Shown: positions 60,599 through 64,000 of the stretch, in pieces
Layout: each line of letters opens with the position of its first letter
How positions within the stretch are numbered: position 1 is the stretch's first letter
Assembly: GCA_023248155.1 (NCBI GenBank)
Contig: JAHFFE010000008.1
Coordinates: 6,515-70,514, forward strand
Direction of reading: 5' to 3'
DNA length: 64,000 bases
From: Candidatus Omnitrophota bacterium
GTDB taxonomy: Bacteria > Omnitrophota > Gorgyraeia > 1-14-0-20-64-10
Notes under the pieces: model-generated
Seen by the model: the letters and a program-made list of their open reading frames with translations, nothing else
Told to the model about the DNA's origin: nothing
Databases searched by the model: none
Position numbers and translations under genes: made by a program

Positions 60599-62548
60599 AT
60601 GGCGGTTCCCAACCACGATTTAATCAAGGCGGTTGAGACGGCCCGATCGGCTTCAGAACTGGTGAAGGGAACGAAGGCCGCGAAAGCGGCCTTCGCCCTT
60701 TTATCGGCGAAGCCGGCGGACCTGAAAAAAGCGGGTTACTCCGCATTGACCGCAGCACAGTTAAAAACGCTCAAGGCACAGGGCAACACGGCCGATGACT
60801 GGAAGAAAGTTTTCGCCGGCGCCAAGTTCGATGCCAAGCGCGTTTCCCGCTGCCATTTTTCCGGCACGGTTTTATTGTCGGCTTCGGCCGGCACCGTCGA
60901 AGTGGAGGGGGTTTCTTTCCCGACCGGTCTTTCGCACACCACACTGGTGGATTGTGTCGTCGGCAAAGACGCGTTTGTCCGCAATGTCCGCTTAATCAAC
61001 CGCACGGTGATCGGCGAAGGCGCCGTGTTGTTTGATCTGGGCACCGTCACCAAGGGCAAATCCGATTCGTTCGGCAATGGTTCCGAGATTTTAATCGCGA
61101 TTGAAACGGGCGGGCGCGAGGTTCCGGTTTTCGCGGAACTGACCGTGGATGACGCCTGGCAGCTCTGCCGCAGCCGCTCCAACAAGGCGCTGGTCGATGG
61201 ATATACGGCCGCCGTCGCTGCGTATGTCAAAACAGTTTCAGCGCCGTGCAATGTGATCTCCGCGAAAGCGAAGGTTCTGCACACGCCGTCCTTAAAAGAT
61301 GTTTTCCTCGGCGAAGCGGCCATTGTGAATGCCGCCCAGCAGGTGGAGAATGTCACCGTTCTGTCCAATTCCGATGAGAAGACCGAGATCTCCCACGGCG
61401 CGATCGTCAAGTCGAGCGTGCTGCAGTGGGGATCTGAAGTTACCAGCGGCGCGCTGGTCGACACTTCTTTTCTGACCGAGCATTCCCATGTGGAGCGGGG
61501 CGGGTTTGTCACGCATTCCATTCTGGGACCGAATACCGGTGTGGCCGAAGGCGAAGTCACCAGCGCGTTGCTGGGGCCCTTTGTCGGATTCCATCACCAG
61601 TCGCTGTTGATCGCCGCGCTCTGGCCGGAAGGCAAGGGCAACGTCGGTTACGGCGCCAATGTCGGTTCCAACCATACGGCGAAAGCCCCCGACCAGGAAA
61701 TTTGGCCGGGCGAGGGAACCTTCTTCGGTCTGGGTGTGAACATCAAGTATCCGTCCGATTTGACGCAATCGCCGTACACGATTATTGCCAGCGGTGTCGC
61801 GATGCTTCCGCAGAAAGTCGAATTTCCATTCTCGTTGATCAACACGTCGGCGGGGCACACCCCCGGGATTTCACCGGCCTACAACGAGATCATGCCGGCC
61901 TGGGTGCTCTCGGACAATGTGTATATGGTCAAGCGCAACGAAGGCAAGTACGCGAAGCGCAACAAGGCGAAGCGTTCGAAGTTCGATTTCGAAGTGTTCC
62001 GCCCCGAGATCATCGATATGATGGTCGACGCGCGCAAGCGGCTTTCCGCGGTCAGCGGCAAGGAAGTTTACACGGCCAAAGATGTGGCAGGCTTGGGCAA
62101 GAACTACATGTCCGAGTACAGCCGCAAGAAGGCAGTGGAGACCTACTCGTTCTACATCCGCTATTACGCGGCTCTGGGCTTCAAGCGCGAAGCGGCCAAG
62201 TTGGTGTCTGAGAAAAAGGCTGAGAAGATCAAGCGGCTTTTGCAGACGCCGTGCGACTGCCTGCGCTGGGAGCATGAGCGCAAGTTGCTGGCTTCCGAGT
62301 TTTCCGGGAAATCCGAAAAAGAGATTCTGCAGTTCTTGCTGGAGGCGCAGGACAAGATTGCCGCCCAGGTGCAGAGCTCCAAAGAGAAGGACGACAACCG
62401 CGGCGCCGAGGTAATCGAGGATTACACGGCCGCCCACAAGCCGGCCAAAGACGACTCGTTCGTCAAGGAGACTTGGACCGTGACCGCGAAGATGAAAGAG
62501 GAGATCAACTCTCTGATGAATCGCGTGGAGCAGGTGGCTGTCAGTTAA
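60599..62548 (+). CDS. DUF4954-family (left-handed beta-helix-like) protein
   Basis: N-terminal YSALTAAQLKTLKAQGNTADDW, FGNG..I....E.GGREV, beta-helix-like repeats, GPFVGFHHQSLLIA; ~650 aa is typical of the family. Confidence 0.75.
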   Translation: MAVPNHDLIKAVETARSASELVKGTKAAKAAFALLSAKPADLKKAGYSALTAAQLKTLKAQGNTADDWKKVFAGAKFDAKRVSRCHFSGTVLLSASAGTVEVEGVSFPTGLSHTTLVDCVVGKDAFVRNVRLINRTVIGEGAVLFDLGTVTKGKSDSFGNGSEILIAIETGGREVPVFAELTVDDAWQLCRSRSNKALVDGYTAAVAAYVKTVSAPCNVISAKAKVLHTPSLKDVFLGEAAIVNAAQQVENVTVLSNSDEKTEISHGAIVKSSVLQWGSEVTSGALVDTSFLTEHSHVERGGFVTHSILGPNTGVAEGEVTSALLGPFVGFHHQSLLIAALWPEGKGNVGYGANVGSNHTAKAPDQEIWPGEGTFFGLGVNIKYPSDLTQSPYTIIASGVAMLPQKVEFPFSLINTSAGHTPGISPAYNEIMPAWVLSDNVYMVKRNEGKYAKRNKAKRSKFDFEVFRPEIIDMMVDARKRLSAVSGKEVYTAKDVAGLGKNYMSEYSRKKAVETYSFYIRYYAALGFKREAAKLVSEKKAEKIKRLLQTPCDCLRWEHERKLLASEFSGKSEKEILQFLLEAQDKIAAQVQSSKEKDDNRGAEVIEDYTAAHKPAKDDSFVKETWTVTAKMKEEINSLMNRVEQVAVS

Positions 62549-62554
62549 TTCAAA

Positions 62555-62580
62555 TGTCATCCCCGCGAAAGCGGGGATCT
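62555..62580. repeat. REP-like palindrome, same family as 35981-36033
   Basis: TGTCATCCCCGCGAAAGCGGGGATCT. Confidence 0.8.
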
Positions 62581-62584
62581 CATA

Positions 62585-62621
62585 GGCGGGGATGGCGAAA
62601 GCTGTCCCCGCCTTTTTCTTT
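62585..62621 (+). terminator. Rho-independent terminator
   Basis: GGCGGGGATGGC-GAAA-GCTGTCCCCGCC stem-loop followed by TTTTTCTTT. Confidence 0.85.
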
Positions 62622-62664
62622 CCACTTACTTAAGTTAGCGAGTCGGCCCGGCTCGGTTGTTCGG

Positions 62665-63040
62665 GAGCCCAAAGGGGTGTTGCTCCCGCATCGTTCGTCT
62701 CGCTCCACCGTGCTCGCCTCACTCCGGGTATCGCCCTCACTCGTCCCGCCAAAGAACTCTGGCGGGACACCATGGCCGTTCGGGCTCTTCACGGTGCGGA
62801 GAGCAAACCCCTTCGTGGCTCTCACTCTAACTCAACGGTTGTATGACTAAGAGGCGGGCCGGGATATGGGGCAAGTGGACCTTGGCGGAGGCCGAATCGA
62901 ATTGTTCTTCGGCAAGGCCGGAGACAGAGCGACGGAATTGGGTGGCAATTCCTAGCGTGTCCACGGCTCCCATACCCGGCCTGACTCGAAACACGCCTTG
63001 CCTGACGGAAGCGTGAACGCAGAGAGGCAACACCCCTTTG
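62665..63040. repeat. Cluster of structured palindromic (MITE/REP-like) elements
   Basis: Long imperfect inverted repeat 62665-62823 with inner perfect hairpin GTCCCGCCA/TGGCGGGAC; 14-bp inverted repeat CAAAGGGGTGTTGC at 62670-62683 and 63027-63040. Confidence 0.6.
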
Positions 63041-63118
63041 CGGCGATCAAGCAAGATTGAATTGGTGGACTGACTCGATAATTAGGAGAGAGTTTTAGTG
63101 TTGCAAGCAGTGCAGGTG

Positions 63119-63619
63119 TTATTTAAAAAATCTTGTAAATAAATAGACAAAAATAAAAAATACAATGCCCATCCAAAAATACTCTGACCATCGAAAGTCA
63201 AAAAGTATCCAAGAATTGCTCTCGAACATTTTCCCTTTACAATAGGATTCAATTTCAAATTTCGCATTTTGAAAAGCCGAACTATTCCCAGAAAAGAAAG
63301 GATCTATGATGAGCCACCAGTTATCATTTGGATACAAGAGTGTTCGGCTATCCAAACAGACACTCTTATCCAGGCATCTTAGTCTCAGTTTATAAAAACG
63401 TTGACGAACTCCAGCAGGTACAAAGGGTTCTATTTGGCGCAATTCAATTTGCACCACATCTTCCCACCGTGTAAATTTTCCATTATGGGTAAAACCATCG
63501 TTTCGTAAACGTATTTTTTCTATAAAAAATAAAAGTCCTAGAAAACGCTCACCTAAAATAGTTTCATGATCCATGATGTTCTTTTTTGGTAAGGCCGAAG
63601 GCAGATCGAAAGAATCCAT
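63119..63619 (-). CDS. AT-rich hypothetical protein with a C-terminal TM helix
   Basis: 166-aa ORF, visibly lower GC than its flanks, hydrophobic C-terminus YFWMGIVFFIFVYLF; start uncertain. Confidence 0.55.
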   Translation of the reverse strand: MDSFDLPSALPKKNIMDHETILGERFLGLLFFIEKIRLRNDGFTHNGKFTRWEDVVQIELRQIEPFVPAGVRQRFYKLRLRCLDKSVCLDSRTLLYPNDNWWLIIDPFFSGNSSAFQNAKFEIESYCKGKMFESNSWILFDFRWSEYFWMGIVFFIFVYLFTRFFK

Positions 63620-63632
63620 TAGGAGGGAGGGG

Positions 63633-64000
63633 CTATTTCCACTGGGCCGTGAGCTGCGTCCAGATGCGGACTTCTTCGCTGTTCACATCGGCCGTTTCGG
63701 AGTCTGCATCCCAGCGGTATTCGCCGGAGACATCGAATTTCCATTGCTTAAAGATTTCATAGCCCATCGTCAGCCGGCTGACAACCAGGTGATGGTTCTC
63801 AAGGTCATTGGAAAGGTTGGTCAGGTGATAGTTCGCGCTCGGCGTGATCGTGAGCCGGCGCGTTTTCTTCCAGGTATGCAGCGTGTACGGCCAGAAAAAC
63901 CCGGCATCGTACGCGCTTCCGGTGTGTGCCGCGAGGTTCGGCGTTCCTTCACGGTTGGCCCAGCGCCCCTTAAAGTAAGTGTAGCCCAGCGTTAAGTTGG
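63633..64000 (-). CDS. 3' end of a probable outer-membrane beta-barrel protein (runs off the window; missing from the ORF track)
   Basis: Minus frame from 63998 reads NLTLGYTYFKGRW...LTITPSANYHLT...LTMGYEIFKQWKFDVSGEYRW...VRIWTQLTAQWK* with alternating amphipathic strands and an aromatic residue near the C-terminus. Confidence 0.7.
   Translation of the reverse strand, partial: NLTLGYTYFKGRWANREGTPNLAAHTGSAYDAGFFWPYTLHTWKKTRRLTITPSANYHLTNLSNDLENHHLVVSRLTMGYEIFKQWKFDVSGEYRWDADSETADVNSEEVRIWTQLTAQWK

Noticed and set aside
368-62850. Numerous short antisense and alternate-frame ORFs in the track, including 52701-53615, 59854-60627 and 60736-61560
   Set aside because: They are shadows of long + strand genes in GC-rich DNA, with no recognisable motifs or RBS.
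62827-63054. 75-aa minus-strand ORF containing SGLAEE
   Set aside because: It is made of palindromic repeat sequence, has no coding signal, and the motif does not match GxEE.
63573-63995. 140-aa + strand ORF
   Set aside because: It is antisense to a more convincing minus-strand beta-barrel reading frame ending at 63633.
1-64000. CRISPR arrays, tRNA/rRNA genes, integrases or transposases
   Set aside because: No regularly spaced direct repeats, recognisable stable RNA sequence or mobility enzyme motifs were seen.

Overview
The first ~51.6 kb is a co-oriented (+ strand) array of six large-to-giant secreted or membrane proteins: >7,500 aa (5'-truncated), 4,165, ~1,455, 1,409, ~690 and 1,732 aa. 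They share one architecture: a Sec-type signal peptide, an 'LR...[SAGP]G[LAM]EE' leader, often a second internal signal (twice a twin-arginine-like one), variable cargo punctuated by [SAG]GxEE motifs, and a ~110-140 aa C-terminal tail that usually ends in Ala. Cargo and tail modules are visibly shuffled at the GxEE junctions. The largest protein carries a SecA-like ATPase plus C39-peptidase-like, GNAT-like and transglutaminase-like segments. The 4,165-aa protein carries glycosidase-like TIM barrels, a large multi-TM block and GT2-like motifs. Three paralogs carry TolC/HlyD-like helical repeats. Hairpin-containing 5' leaders precede three of the genes, two of them clearly homologous. Downstream is an ordinary glycan operon (CBM11-like, CBM9-like and DxE TIM-barrel proteins, TPR-PDZ, HAMP and DxDxDG proteins), then nagB, a DUF4954-like gene, a terminator, a cluster of palindromic repeats, an AT-rich minus-strand gene and the 3' end of a beta-barrel gene. 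REP-like palindromes are inserted in frame in two genes. The gene style suggests an Omnitrophota-like bacterium (inference). All domain calls come from motif reading by eye, not database searches.
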